From assembly GCF_963921235.1 (NCBI RefSeq), contig NC_086101.1:8434001-8498000 (forward strand): 64,000 bases of DNA. The letters run 5' to 3'. The position numbers and the translations under genes are program-made. This document shows positions 37,936 through 50,541 of this stretch, piece after piece. Every line of letters begins with the position of its first letter. Position 1 is the first letter of the stretch. Under the pieces are notes generated by a model. It did not search any database. It saw only the letters and a list, made by a program, of their open reading frames with translations, and was not told where the DNA came from. This DNA is from Mobula hypostoma. Its lineage: Eukaryota.

Positions 37936-38799
37936 TGCTAATATCGTGCCAACCTTTTAACCCACTCCAAGATCAATCTAACCTTTCCCTACCATATAGC
38001 ACTCCATTTTTCTATCATCCATCTGCCTGTCTAAGAGTCTCTTAAATGTCCCCAATGAATCTGCCTCTAGATCCAACCCTGGCGGGGCATCCCACACGCC
38101 CACCACTTTGTGAACAAAAAAAAACCATCTCTGTCATCCTCCCCTCCCCTGTGCTTTCCTCTAATCATCTAAAAGTTCTGGCCTCTTGTATTAGTCAATG
38201 CTGCCCTGGGAAAATGTCTCTGGCTATCTTCTCTATCCATGCCTCTTATCATCTTGTACGCCTCTATCAGGTCATCTTTCATCCTTCTTCACTCCAAAGA
38301 GATAAGCCGTAGCTCACTCAACTTTTTCCCATGACGTGCTCTCCAATTTAGGCAACATCCTGGTAAATCCCCTCTGCGTCCATTCTAAGGATGCCACATC
38401 CTTCCTACAAGAGGCAACCAGAAGTGAACACAATACTCAAAGTGTGGTAGGACCAAGGATTTATCTCTTTTGCTGCAAACTTTGTTGTTTTCTAGCAGCT
38501 AAAGACATAAATACCTCAGTGCATCATCTCATAATTATCAGGATTGCATTTACCACGGCTGTCATTTAGCAACTGATTAACAGCATCCTGTGGCCTGTTG
38601 CAATCCCCACACCAACACCTCAAATTTTAGTGTGGTCTGTTATCTCTCAGGTCATACCTCCCACATCCACATGCAGATTGTTAATGTGCATTCAAAGCAG
38701 AGGCTGATGGGTTCTTGTTTATTAAGGGCATCAAAGTTTACAGGGAGAATGCAGGAGAGTGGGGTTGAGAGGGATAATGAATCAGCCATAATGGAATAT

Positions 38800-39290
38800 G
38801 GTAATACTAAGATAGGTGGAGTTGTGGATAATGAAGTAGGTTTTCAAAGCCTGCAGAGAGACTTAGGCCAGTTAGAAGAGTGGGCTGAAAGATGGCAGAT
38901 GGAGTTTAATACTGATAAATGTGAGGTGCTACATTTTGATAGGACTAATCAAAATAGGACATACATGGTAAATGGTAGGGCATTGAAGAATGCAGTAGAA
39001 CAGAGGGATCTAGGAATAATGGTGCATAGTTCCCTGAAGGTGGACTCTCATGTGGATAGGCTTGTGAAGAAAGCTTTTGGTATGCTGGCCTTTATAAATC
39101 AGAGCATTGAGTATAGGAGTTGGGATGTAATGTTGAAATTGTACAAGGCATTGATAAGGCCAAATTTGGAGTATTGTGTACAGTTCTGGTCACCGAATTA
39201 TAGGAAAGATGTCAATCAAGTTGAGAGAGTACAGAGGAGGTTTACTAGAATGTTGCCTGGGTTTCATCTCCTAAATTACAAAGAAAGGTA
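38800..39290 (+). mobile_element. CR1 internal fragment (third subfamily)
   Basis: TKIGGVVDNEVGFQSLQRDL...RPNLEYCVQFWSP. Confidence 0.9.
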
Positions 39291-39559
39291 ACTTCTAAAG
39301 AATAAAGTTAGGTTAAACAACCACAGTTGCAGTATTGAAAGCATCCTTTCTGGTGCATCACGGCTTGGTACAGCAGTTGGTTCTGCCGAAGACCAAGGGA
39401 AGTTTCAGAGGGTTGCGGACATGTCTCAGCATAACACGAAAACTACCTTCCCCTCCGTGAACTTCCTGCTGCCTTGCTAAAACAGCCAGCATAATCAAAG
39501 ACCCCACCTACCCTGGACATTCCTTTCTCCCCACTCCCATCAGATAAAATACGAATGCC

Positions 39560-39724
39560 TGAAAGCATGTAGCACCAGGCTCCAGGACATTTCCATCCCG
39601 CTGTTCTATGTCTACTGAGCAGATCCCTAGTATGAGAAGCACATCTTGTCATACTAGGGAGCTGCTCAGTAGACAAAGAACAGCAGGACGGAACTGTCCT
39701 GGAGCCTGGTGCTACATGCTTTCA
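39560..39724. repeat. Imperfect palindrome: 80-bp arms, 5-nt loop
   Basis: 39560-39639 is the reverse complement of 39645-39724, with 6 mismatches by manual comparison. Confidence 0.95.
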
Positions 39725-40577
39725 CCTTTGATCGTGCTCTTGATCTCGCAATTGGCCTCATCGTGGACTTGCACTTTATTGTCTGTCTGCACTGCCTGCA
39801 CTGGTGCAAATGTGACGCTATTCTGTTACTGCTTTCCCCTCGTAAATACATCAATGTGACGATGAAATGATCTGTGGGGATGGCATTCAAAACAAAGTGA
39901 TTCACTGTGACAATAAGAAGCCATTTCACCAGCTATCTGACTCTTACCATTAAGTCATTTAGTGTCGATGAGTTTGTCTTGTCCGTAGATGTGTGTGTGT
40001 ATGTCTTTGTATGTGTATGTCACCACATATGTACAGTATTTAGGGGGCATAACTTCCTGGTGTTTGGTGGAAAGTGAAGGGGGAGAGATGTCAGAAGTAG
40101 GTCTTTCATACAGAGAGTGGTGGTGCGTGGAATGCCCCAGTGGGGCTAGAGACAGCTACATTCAGGACATTTAAGAAACTCTTCGATAGGCACATGGATG
40201 ATAAGAAAATGGAAGACTGTAGGAGTGTTGAGTATAATTACTTCTAAGGTACAGTTTATTCACTAGCCAACAAATGGTGATGTTGTGTATATAAGAAAAA
40301 AACCTGGCCCATAAACGTAATAACATACAACATTACATGTAACATGCATGGCGAACTTAACCCTTAACAGCCTGGGTGAATTCTGCCTAATGGAATTAAG
40401 GAGTAGGAGGGAAGGGTTAGATTAATCTTGGAATACGTTAAGTGTCAGCACCACATGGTAGGCTGAAGGCCCTGTGCCATTCTATGTTCTGTGTATGCCT
40501 GCACATACCTGTGAAACTTTCTGTGTAGTGCGCTTCTGCGTGCGCGTCAGTATGGATATCCGTGAGTGTGTGTGTGT

Positions 40578-40913
40578 TGAATTGAATTGATTTTATTACT
40601 TACATCCCTCATATACATGAGGAGTAAAATTCTTTACGTAATGTCTCTGTCTAAATGTGCAATTATAGTAATTTATAATAAATATTATGTACGGCACGAT
40701 AGTCAATATAACACAGAAATACAGTTGCATTGGCATGAGTTCATCAGTCTGATGGTCTGGTGGAAGAAGCTGTCCCGGAGCCTGTTGGTCCTGGCTTTTA
40801 TGCTGCGGTACCGTTTCCTGGATGGTAGCAGCTGGAACAGTTTGTGTTTGGGATGACTTGGGTCCCCAATGATCCTTCGGGCCCTTTTTACACACCTGTC
40901 TTTGTAAGACTTT
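40578..40913 (-). mobile_element. Rex1/Babar 3' end fragment
   Basis: RIIGDPSHPKHKLFQLLPSRKRYRSIKARTNRLRDSFFHQTIRLMN; (TTCAA)n tail. Confidence 0.85.
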
Positions 40914-40954
<41 letters not shown>

Positions 40955-40974
40955 CTGTCTGTCTGTCCATCCAG

Positions 40975-43093
40975 GACACGTAGAGAGCGGGACCTGGAGC
41001 TGCAGTATGCAGACGACTGTGCTCTTGCGTCCCATACTCCGGAGGATCTTCAGACTGTCCTTGCTGTGGCGGTGAGAGCGTACAGCAGGATGGGACTGAC
41101 TGTCAATACCACCAAGACAGAAGTGATTTGTCAATGGAGTACCAGTGTCCCACCCACTCTACCTGCCTTCACTGTTGGTGATGAAAAGCTGTCAGTAGTG
41201 CTATCTTTCAAATATCTGCGGAGCATTCTCTCTGAGGATAGTGGCATTGATGACGACATCCAGAGGCGCATTAAACAGGCATCAGCTGCCTTTAGGAGAC
41301 CGACGTACAGTCTTTCAGAACCAGTGTGAGCCAGTGGATGTAGTGTACCTGGACTTTCAGAAAGCCTTTGATAAAGTCCCACATAGGAGATTAGTGGGCA
41401 AAATTAGGGCACATGGTATTGGGAGCAGAGTACTGACATGGATTGAAAATTGGCTGGCTGACAGAAAACAAAGAGTAGCGATTAACGGGTCCCTTTTGGA
41501 ATGGCAGGCAGTGACCAGTGGGGTACTGCAGGGTTCAGTGCTGGGACCGCGGCTGTTTACAATATGTATTAATGATTTAGATGAGGGAATTAAAAGTAAC
41601 ATTAGCAAATTTGCTGATGACACAAAGCTGGGTAGCAGTGTGAAATGTGAGGAGGATGTTAAGAGAATGCAGGGTGACTTGGACAGGCTGGGTGAGTGGG
41701 CAGATGCATGGCAGATGCAGTTTAATGTGGATAAATATGAGGTTATCCACTTTGGTGGTAAGAAAGGGAAGGCAGATTATTATCCAAATGGAGTCAAGTT
41801 AGGAAAAGGGGAAGCACAACGAGATCTAGCTGTTCTTGTACATCAGTCACTCAAAGTAAGCATGCAAGTACAGCAGGCAGTGAAGAAAGCTAATAGCATG
41901 CTGGCCTTCATAACAAGGGGAATTGAGTATAAGAGCAAAGAGGTCCTTCTGCAGCTGTAGCAGGCCCTGGTGAGACCACACCTGGAGTACTGTGTGCAGT
42001 TTTGGTCTCCAAATTTGAGGAAGGACATTCTTGCTATTGAGGGAGTGCAGCGTAGGTTCACAAGGTTAATTCCCGGGATGGAGAGACTGTCATATGTCGA
42101 AAGATTGGAGCAACTGGGCTTGTATACTCTGGAATTTAAAAGGCTGAGAGGGGATCTTATTGAAACATATAAGATTATTAAAGGATTGGACACGCTGGAG
42201 GCAGGAAGCATGTTCCTGCTGATGGGTGAGTCCAGAACCAGAGGCCACAGTTTAAGAATAAGGGGTAGGCCATTTAGAACGAGATGAGGAAAAACTTTTT
42301 CACCCAGAGAGTGGTGGATATATGGAATGCTCTGCCCCAGAAGGCTGTGGAGGCCAAGTCTAAGGCAGGAACTGGATACTGATTGTGGATGATCAGCCAT
42401 GATCACAGTGAATGGTGGTGCACCTATTGTCTATTGTCTATAACAGGAGCTTTCGTCCCTCCACAAAGGTCGTCGTATACCAGGTGGTCTGTGTCATCAC
42501 CCTCCTTTATACCTGTGAAGCTTGGGTGACCTACAGCCTCACATCAAGTCCTCGGAGCACTTCCATATAAGCTGCCTCCAGCGTATCCTGAGAGTTAACT
42601 GGCGTGAGCCGATGCCTCACACTGAAATACTTGTAAAGACCAACTGCAGGAGTATTGAAGCCATGGTCACCCAGCGTCAGCTGCAGTGGCTGGGGCATGT
42701 GATAAGGATGCCCCCATGTCGGTTACCCCGCAGAGTGTTATACGGCCAGCTACATGATGGTCGATGCTCAGCTGGAGGGCCGAAGAAGCGCTATAAGGAT
42801 CAGATGAAGAATGCTTTAAGGAAGTGCAAGATCAGACCTGAGGACCTGGAGGATGTACCACTTGGCGACAGCTGTGTAGGGACAGGGTTCATATTCTGGA
42901 GATGGAAAGAACAACCAGAAGACAGCAGAAGAGAGCCAGGAGAAATGCAGCCATGGTTGCCAGCACTACCACATATACATGTCCCACCTGCAATAGAGCT
43001 TGTGGGTCCAGGATAGGACTGTATAGTCACTAAGGATCTCACCGTTAAAGGGGTGGACGTCGTCATCGGATTTTGATGGACAACAGAAGAAGA
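40975..43093 (+). mobile_element. Second RTE-clade LINE fragment, interrupted by a CR1 (41322-42441)
   Basis: LQYADDCAL...LTVNTTKTEV on the left; LQWLGHVIRMPPCRLPRRVLYGQL...KRYKD on the right; (GAA)n tail. Confidence 0.9.
41322..42441 (+). mobile_element. CR1 LINE fragment (second subfamily) nested in RTE
   Basis: 239-aa and 105-aa RT ORF pieces, premature stop, (TATTGTC)n tail. Confidence 0.93.
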
Positions 43094-43134
<41 letters not shown>

Positions 43135-43142
43135 TGAGAGAG

Positions 43143-43189
<47 letters not shown>

Positions 43190-43593
43190 ACGGACACCCT
43201 CTCTCTCTGTGTCGGGGACCCTGGACTCTGTATGTCGGACCGCCCCTCGCTCTGATCCTGATGGGGACTTCATGACTGACGGCAGGAGAAAGTACCTCTT
43301 CACTGGTTACCGCGGGGAACTTCCCGTCATGCAGCCCCGTCCTTATCGGTGTCAGACGCGGTTCTCGCAGCTCGCAGCGGTGACTTCCTCCTCGCTCACA
43401 GCAGCCCCATGTCGAAAGGCCCGTAACAAGCCCACCCGTTCAGGCCTCACAGCCCCCTAGTGTTCCCTTCCTCTGGAGAGGGACCTTCCGCCTGTGATCC
43501 AACCGCTGAAAGGAAGGATCTTTTCTAGTTCCCTTACAGAAACCCCCTTTCTACCCACTCAGCACGCGATTCGGAGTGGCACGGGAATATTTG

Positions 43594-44116
43594 ACCCGGT
43601 GGCCACTTCATTAAACTGCAGGAGCGGACCCGGTGTGACCACTTTAAGCCTCGACTTGTGTGTTTAGATATGCTCTTCTGCACATCGCTGTCATAACGCG
43701 CGGTTATTTGAGTTCCTGCCGCCTTCCTGTCAGCTTGAGCTAGTCTGGTCATTCTCCTCTGACCTCTCTCATGAACACGCAGTTTCTCCCGGAGAAGTGC
43801 CTCTCACTGGATTTTTTTGTTTTGTTTTTGTTGTTGTTTTTTGCACCATTCTCTGTAAACTCTGGAGCTGGCTGTGCATGAAAATCCCAGGAGTTGGGCA
43901 GTTTCTAAGAAACACAAACTACCCCACCGGAGACTGACAATTATTCCACGGTCACAGTCACTTGGATCACATTTCTTCCCCATTCTGATGTTTGGTCTGA
44001 ACAACAACTGACCCTCTTGACCATGTCTGCATGCTTTTGTGCATTGAGTTGCTGCCACATGACTGGCTGATGAGATTAGCGAGCAGATGCACCTAACAAA
44101 ATGGCCACAGAGTGTA
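43594..44116 (-). mobile_element. Internally deleted Tc1/mariner element
   Basis: Decayed transposase N-terminus MGKKCDPSDCDRGIIV...LLGFSCTASSRVYREW and RMTRLAQADRKA. Degenerate TIRs (ggtggccacttcatta / taacaaaatggccacagagtgta). Confidence 0.8.
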
Positions 44117-44775
44117 TTCTGGTCTTTCCATGAGTTTTCTGACGTGTAAAGAAGTCATTTGGGCCACTGGTTGTAGCAGATCGCAGACTAGTCCCATAGC
44201 TATGATTTTTTTTCTCTTTAACCTGTCCTTCCCTCATTACAGGAAGCATGTGGAGACTTTGGAGGGGTTGCAGAAGAGGTTCACGAGGATCAGAAGGTGC
44301 GAGCTGTAAGGAGGGGCTCGACAAATTTGAGGCAGTTTCTCCAGAGCATCAGAGACAGAGGGGAAACCTGACAGAAGTGTGCATTATGTATCAAAACATA
44401 TTTTATTCATACTAAAGTATGTATTTACAGGAATAAACACAATGCATTTTCATACTTACGTTCATAGACAAAGTTTTACATGGTGTTCTGTTACATTCAT
44501 TAAAACCAATAGGACTGTTGTCACTCATGTGGCTTTCTGGGGTGGTTCACTACTTTAATAGTTGAGGGGCTTCCTCAGCCCATCCATCCACTCCCTCTCC
44601 GGCAGCAGAAGCCTATACTCTGGTCTTTCCCCAGAGAACCTTTGTGGTGGGTGCACCAAGCTCTCAGTGTGTCCTCCTGTAGCCTGGTACGTCCCAGGTG
44701 ACACATCTGACTGTCAAAGGTATGGATGGAGTAGACAGCATCTCTTTCCTAGAGTCAGTATTAAATATTGGAGGG

Positions 44776-45454
44776 GAGGAGAAGATGGTGGCGCGACGCA
44801 GTGCACGCGGCCGCTCCGAAATGATATCGGTATTTGTTAAGTAGGTAGCATGCACAATCCTGATTTGATGGAGACAGACGTGAGAAGCATGTAGGAACAT
44901 CTGGAGAAACTTCTGAAATGCCCACTTCGCTGCTGCTGCTACCGTGCGATCGAGAATCTCTGGAGGGGTAGGCCCCAAATCCTCGGCTTTGCCTATTGCT
45001 TGGCGACCGGGGCCGGGGCCGGGGTTGAAGCGCTCGGCAGAGATGGTGCTCGGTGCTTGGTGTCGGAGGGCTGGTCGGAGGTGCGAAGTTTTTGGACGGA
45101 CTCAAGAGTCGGCTGTGGTCGGGTGCTTCCAGGGTGCTGCATCGGCAAGTTTGCGGTGCTGGAAGCTCATGGCAGGGAGAGTTTCTCCCTTCTACCATCT
45201 GCGTGAGATGATGGGACTTTCGAGAGACTTTGAGATTCTTTTTTTACTGTGCCCATGGTCTGTTCTTTATCAAATTACGGTATTGCTTGCACTGTTGTAA
45301 CTATATGTTATAATTATGTGGTTTTTGTCAGTTTTTCAGTCTTGGTTTGTCTTGTGTTTCTGTGATATCATACTGGAGGAACATTGTATCATTTCTTAAT
45401 GCATGCATTTCTAAATGACAATAAAAGAGGACTGCGCGTCTTCATAATCTAATC
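44776..45454 (+). mobile_element. Family X element, copy 4 (full length)
   Basis: Flanked by a 14-bp imperfect TSD taaatattggaggg (44762-44775) / taaatactagaggg (45455-45468) inside an old CR1 fragment. Confidence 0.9.
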
Positions 45455-46469
45455 TAAATACTAGAGGGTGGACTCTTGGATGCAAGGGCTTGGAAGCCTA
45501 AGGGAGATGTTCAGGGGAATTTGTTTGCACAGAGGGAGCTGGGTGCTTAAGGTAGAGATTCCTTAAGGTTGTTATAGCCAGGGAGGGGGTGGTAGTGGGG
45601 ATAAATTCCCACTACCTATTAAATGCTCCCAATGCCATATGTCTCAAATAGCCTCTGACAACCATGTTGATCTCTTGGCCTACATGTGTGGCTTAGCAAC
45701 TAGGCCTGGCGGAACCGTTCCTACTGATGGAGATTCCGGTGCATTCGGGCAGATGAGGCTCACCTCTGCTGCTCTGCGGCCATACTCACTCATGGGGAAG
45801 GCTTCAGGGGTAAAGTTCAGACCTAAGGCAGTCTGCTTAGAGTTCGACGCTGATTGGCAGCTCCTGCAGCATCGCGGTGTGAAACTGTAGCAGTGTCTGC
45901 TGTTCCTCTGGATTCATCATCTGCGTGGGCAACAGCTTGCTCTCCATGTCGTACTGCCCTGGTTTGCCTATCACATAGACAACTCTTCGCAATATCCACA
46001 GTCCATCCCGACCAATGGAGGGGCCTCAGTGGGGACATATAACAGGCAGAGGTGTTTTAGGTAGACGTGTGAATACAATATATAGCAAACAGAGGGATGT
46101 GGATCACGCGCAGACAGAGGGCACCCTGTTTGGCACAGAATTTGTGGGCTGAAGGGCCTGTTCTTGCACTGTACTGTTCTAGATGATTGAGACATAGAGC
46201 ACTATCATAAAGAAACAGGCCCTTCAGCCCATCTTGCCTAGTCTTCCACCTCGGCCCATCTACCTACACCCAGATCATAGCCCTTCATACCTCTCTCATC
46301 CATGTACCAGTCCAGACTTAAACTGGCAGTTCATTCCACACTTGCGCCACCCTCTGAGTGAAGACATTTCCCCTTAGATTCCTCTCAAGAATCTCACGTT
46401 TTACCCTAAAACCATTACCTCTAGTTCTAATCTCACCGAACCCAAGGGAGGAAAATTCTGCAAGCCTTC

Positions 46470-47200
46470 ACACAGAACATAGAAACTTCAGCAGCATATT
46501 TCAGGTCCTTCGGCCCTCAGGGTTGTTCCAACCACGTAGCTGACTCTAGAAACTGTCTCGGATCACCCTACAAGATCACCCTCTATTATTCTAAGCTCCA
46601 TGTACCTATTTAAGAGTCTCTTGACCCTATTGTGTCTGCCTCCACTACTGTCAAGCAGTGCTTCCTCGTACCCACCACTCTCTGTGTAAAAAATGTAAAC
46701 CCTGATACCCCTCTATACCTACTTCCAAGCACCTTAAAACCCTCATGTTAGCCATCTCAGCCCTGGGAAAAAGCCTCTGGCTGTCCACATGATCAATACC
46801 TCTTATCATGTTTATACACCTCTGTCAGGTCTCCTCTCATCCTCCGTTGCTCAAAGGAGAAAAGGCCAACTTCACTCAAACTATTCTCATAAATTATGCC
46901 CTCCAAACCAGGCAACATTCTTGTAAATCTCCTTTGCATTCTTTCTGTTGTATCCACATCCTTCCTGTAGTGAGGTGACCAGAACCGAACGCAGTACTCC
47001 AAGTGAGGTCTGACCAAGTCACCTCTCATACCTTTGTATACCTTTATTAAATCTCCCCTCATTCTTCTATGCTCCAGAGAATAAAATACTAACCTGTTCA
47101 GCCTTTTCTTATAACTCCATAAGACATAGGAGCAGAAGTAGGCCATTTGGCCCATCGAGTCTGCTCTGCCATTCAATCATAGCTAATCCTTTTATCTCCT
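46470..47200 (-). mobile_element. Composite CR1 3' fragments
   Basis: LVRPHLEYCVRFWSP peptide plus two CR1 tails. Confidence 0.8.
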
Positions 47201-47747
47201 CAGGTCCTTAAGTCCCGGAGAAACCATTGCACACATTGCATACCTCTATAAGATCTTCTCTCATTCTCCTGCACTCTAGGGAGTTCAGGTAGGACTAGAA
47301 GGGCTGAGGGACTCGTTTCTGTGCTGTAAGGCTCGATGACTATTCTTATTGTGACGGTGGAATATTGCAGTATAGTAACAAATGGGATGCTGGAGTCACT
47401 GAATAAACCTGCTTGAGAAAAGGGGAACAAAAGAGATGGTAGATGTTTTCGGTGAAGATGCTACAGCTACAAGAATGGACATTCGATTAGCAACATATCT
47501 GCATGTTCAAAGTTCAAATGAAATTTATTATCAAAGTTTGTATATGTTACCATATAGCACTTTGAGATTCATTTTCTTGCAGGCATGCAGAGAAGAAATA
47601 CAATAGAATCTACATTTGACCTGGCATCGACCACTTCACTGGCAGCCCATTCCACTCACACCACCTTCCCAGTGAAGACAATTCCCCTTAAATACAGAGC
47701 TTGTACATTCTCTCTGTAACTGCATGGGTTTCCTCCCATATTCCAAA

Positions 47748-48366
47748 GGCAGCGCGATGCAGCGTGCGCAGCTCTCCGGTGAAAATGATATCGTATCCGT
47801 TAAATAGGGGCTGTGGACAATTCTGATTTGATGGAGACAGACGTGAGAAGGCACAGAGGAACATCTGGAGAAATTTCTGAAATGCCGGTTCGCTGCCGCT
47901 GCTACTGTGCGATCGAGAATCTCCGGAGGGAAGGCCCCAAAATCCTCGGCTTTGTCTGCTGCTGGTGACCGAGGCTGAGGTCGAAGCGTTCGGACAGAGA
48001 TGGTGCTCAGTACTCGGTGTCGGAGGGCTGATCGGAGCTCGAAGTTTTCGGATGACTCAGAGTCAGACTGTGGTCCGGCATGGCAGGGAGAGTTTTCTTC
48101 CTTCTCCCGTTTGCGTGAGATGTGGGACTTGCGAGAGACTTTGAACTTTTTTACTGTGCCCATGGCCTGTTCTTCATCAAGTTATGGTATTGTTGTACTG
48201 TTGTAACTATATGTTATAATTATGTGGTTTTGTTAGTTTTTCAGTCTTGGTTTGTCCTGTGTTTCTGTGCTATCACACCGGAGGAATATTGTATCATCTC
48301 TTAATGCATGCATTACTAAATGACAATAAAAGAGGACTGCGTGTCTTCATAATCCAATCTAATCTA
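47748..48366 (+). mobile_element. Family X element, copy 5 (short subfamily)
   Basis: Homology to the other copies; (AATCT)n tail. Confidence 0.9.
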
Positions 48367-49098
48367 GTACTACCTCGGCACCATAAACACAGCGAGATTT
48401 TGCAGCGTGCCCAACACAATAGGTGTTTATTTGACACAAATGTAATATTTCACTATATTTCGGTGTATGTGTGTGTGTGTGTATGAGAGAGACAAATACA
48501 GCTAATATATAGCTAACTTCAGTTTAAAACAGGGGTTTCATGATCAGTACAGACTGAGTGGGCTGAGGGGCCTGTTTCTATGCGGTATTGTCCAAACTTT
48601 ATGTTAGGGCCCAATACCATTAAGTGATTGGGAACCTCTGCTCTGTGAGGAGGTGGAGGGCAGTTAATGCAGAAGGTGAGGGAACAGATTACAGGACAAT
48701 TTCATGTGAATGGGATAGCTGTATGAGCTGGTATACCCACAATGGCCCAAAGAGCACCTTTGTTTCATAAGGAAACAAGGAATAACCAGGAGAAATAAAT
48801 GAGTCAAATATTCCCATGCGTTCTGCATCATGCGTTGTGGGTGAAGACTCTGGGGGTTTCTAGGAGGGAAATGCAAGATATCCTTTCCTCTTTCAACCAG
48901 TTGGGTTGCAGGCAGGAAGTTGGGTGTTGAATTGTCACTATAGAGGGACAGCAAGGAGGGGCAGAATAATGAGGTTAATTATCACTAACATTGTGTCATG
49001 AAATTTGTTGTTTTGTGACAGCATACCATGCAACATACAATAAAAATACTACAAATTACAATAAAAAGTTTTAAAAGTAAATAGTGCAAAATACGGCG

Positions 49099-49718
49099 GG
49101 AGGAGAAGATGGCGGCACGGCGCAGCACACGTGGCCTCTCCGGTGAAATGATATTGTATTTGTTAAATAGAGGCCGTGCACAATTCTGATTTGATGGAGA
49201 CAGCCGTGAGAGCACAGAGGAACATCTGGAGTAACTTCTGAAATGCCCGGTTCGCTGCCGCTGCTACTGTGCGATCGAGAATCTCCAGAGGGAAGGCCCC
49301 AAAATCCTCGGCTTTGCCTGCTGCTGGCAGCCGGGGCTGGGGTCGAAGCGTTCGGCAGAGATGGCGCTCTGTGCTCGGTGTCGGAGGGCTGGTCGGAGCT
49401 TGAAGCTTTCAGCCGACTCAGAGTCGGACTGTGGTCGGGTATGGCAGGGAGAGTTTTCTTCCTTCTCCCATCTGCATGAGGCGTGGGACTTTCGAGAGCT
49501 TTGAACTTTTGTTTACAGTGCTCGCGGCCTGTTCTTCATCATGTGACAGTATTGTTTGCACTGTTGTAACTATACGTTATAATTATGTGGTTTTTGTCAG
49601 TTTTTCAAGTCTTGGTCTGTCTTGTGTTTCTATGATATCACACGGGAGGAATGTTATATCATTTCTTAATGCATGCATATATAACGACAATAAAAGAGGA
49701 CTGCATGTCCTCAATCTA
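49099..49718 (+). mobile_element. Family X element, copy 6 (short subfamily)
   Basis: Perfect YY1 motif AAGATGGCGGC at 49106-49116; 3' AATAAA and hairpin. Confidence 0.9.
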
Positions 49719-50541
49719 AAAAAGCAGTAACAAGGTAGTCACGGACCATTCCAAGAATCGGAGGGTGGGAGGAATTAAGTTTGCTGTGAAGACTCGAAGG
49801 TCCTATTCATCCTCTGAAGGCAGCAATAAGAAGAGGGTATGTTCTGGAAGGGGAGGGATCTTAATGATGGATGCATCCTTCCTGAGAGATCGCCTTTTGA
49901 AGATGCCCTTGAAAGTGGGGAGCCTAGTGCCCAGGATGGAGCTGGAGCAGCCTGCGGGGTGGAAGCATCAAAGAATGAAACTGGAGTCTTGCGGCATTGA
50001 TGTGAATGGGTGGTTGGTGGTCAGCATGGATCAAGTGAGTAGAAGGGCCTGATTCCACCTGAGACAGGGAGGGATTGAACAATGAGTCAAAGGGCAGAGA
50101 GCCAGCGTGGGCTAGACATGAGGTGGCCAAGCAGGCTAGACAGACACTAGCAGGCCCTTTCATTGTAATGAAATGCCTGTGAAAGACAACTTTATGTGGA
50201 GATCCAGCATAGCAACAGGCCCTTCTGGCCCAAGGAGACCAGGTCACCCATATGACTAATTAACCTACTAACCTGTAGGCTTTTGGATTGTGGGAGGAAA
50301 CCAGAGCACCCAGAGGAAATCCACATGGTCAGTGGGACAAGGTGAGAGTAAGAGTTCGGCACAGATTAGAAGGGCCGAGATGGCCTGTTTCCGTGCGGAT
50401 ATATGGTCACTAAGAGAATGTACAAACTCCTTGCAGACTGTAGCAGAATTTAAACCCCGGAAGCAGACACTGTCATAGATTTATGACAACTACAGTGACA
50501 CCATTATACAAGTCATTAATGAGTTATTTTTAAAACTGATT

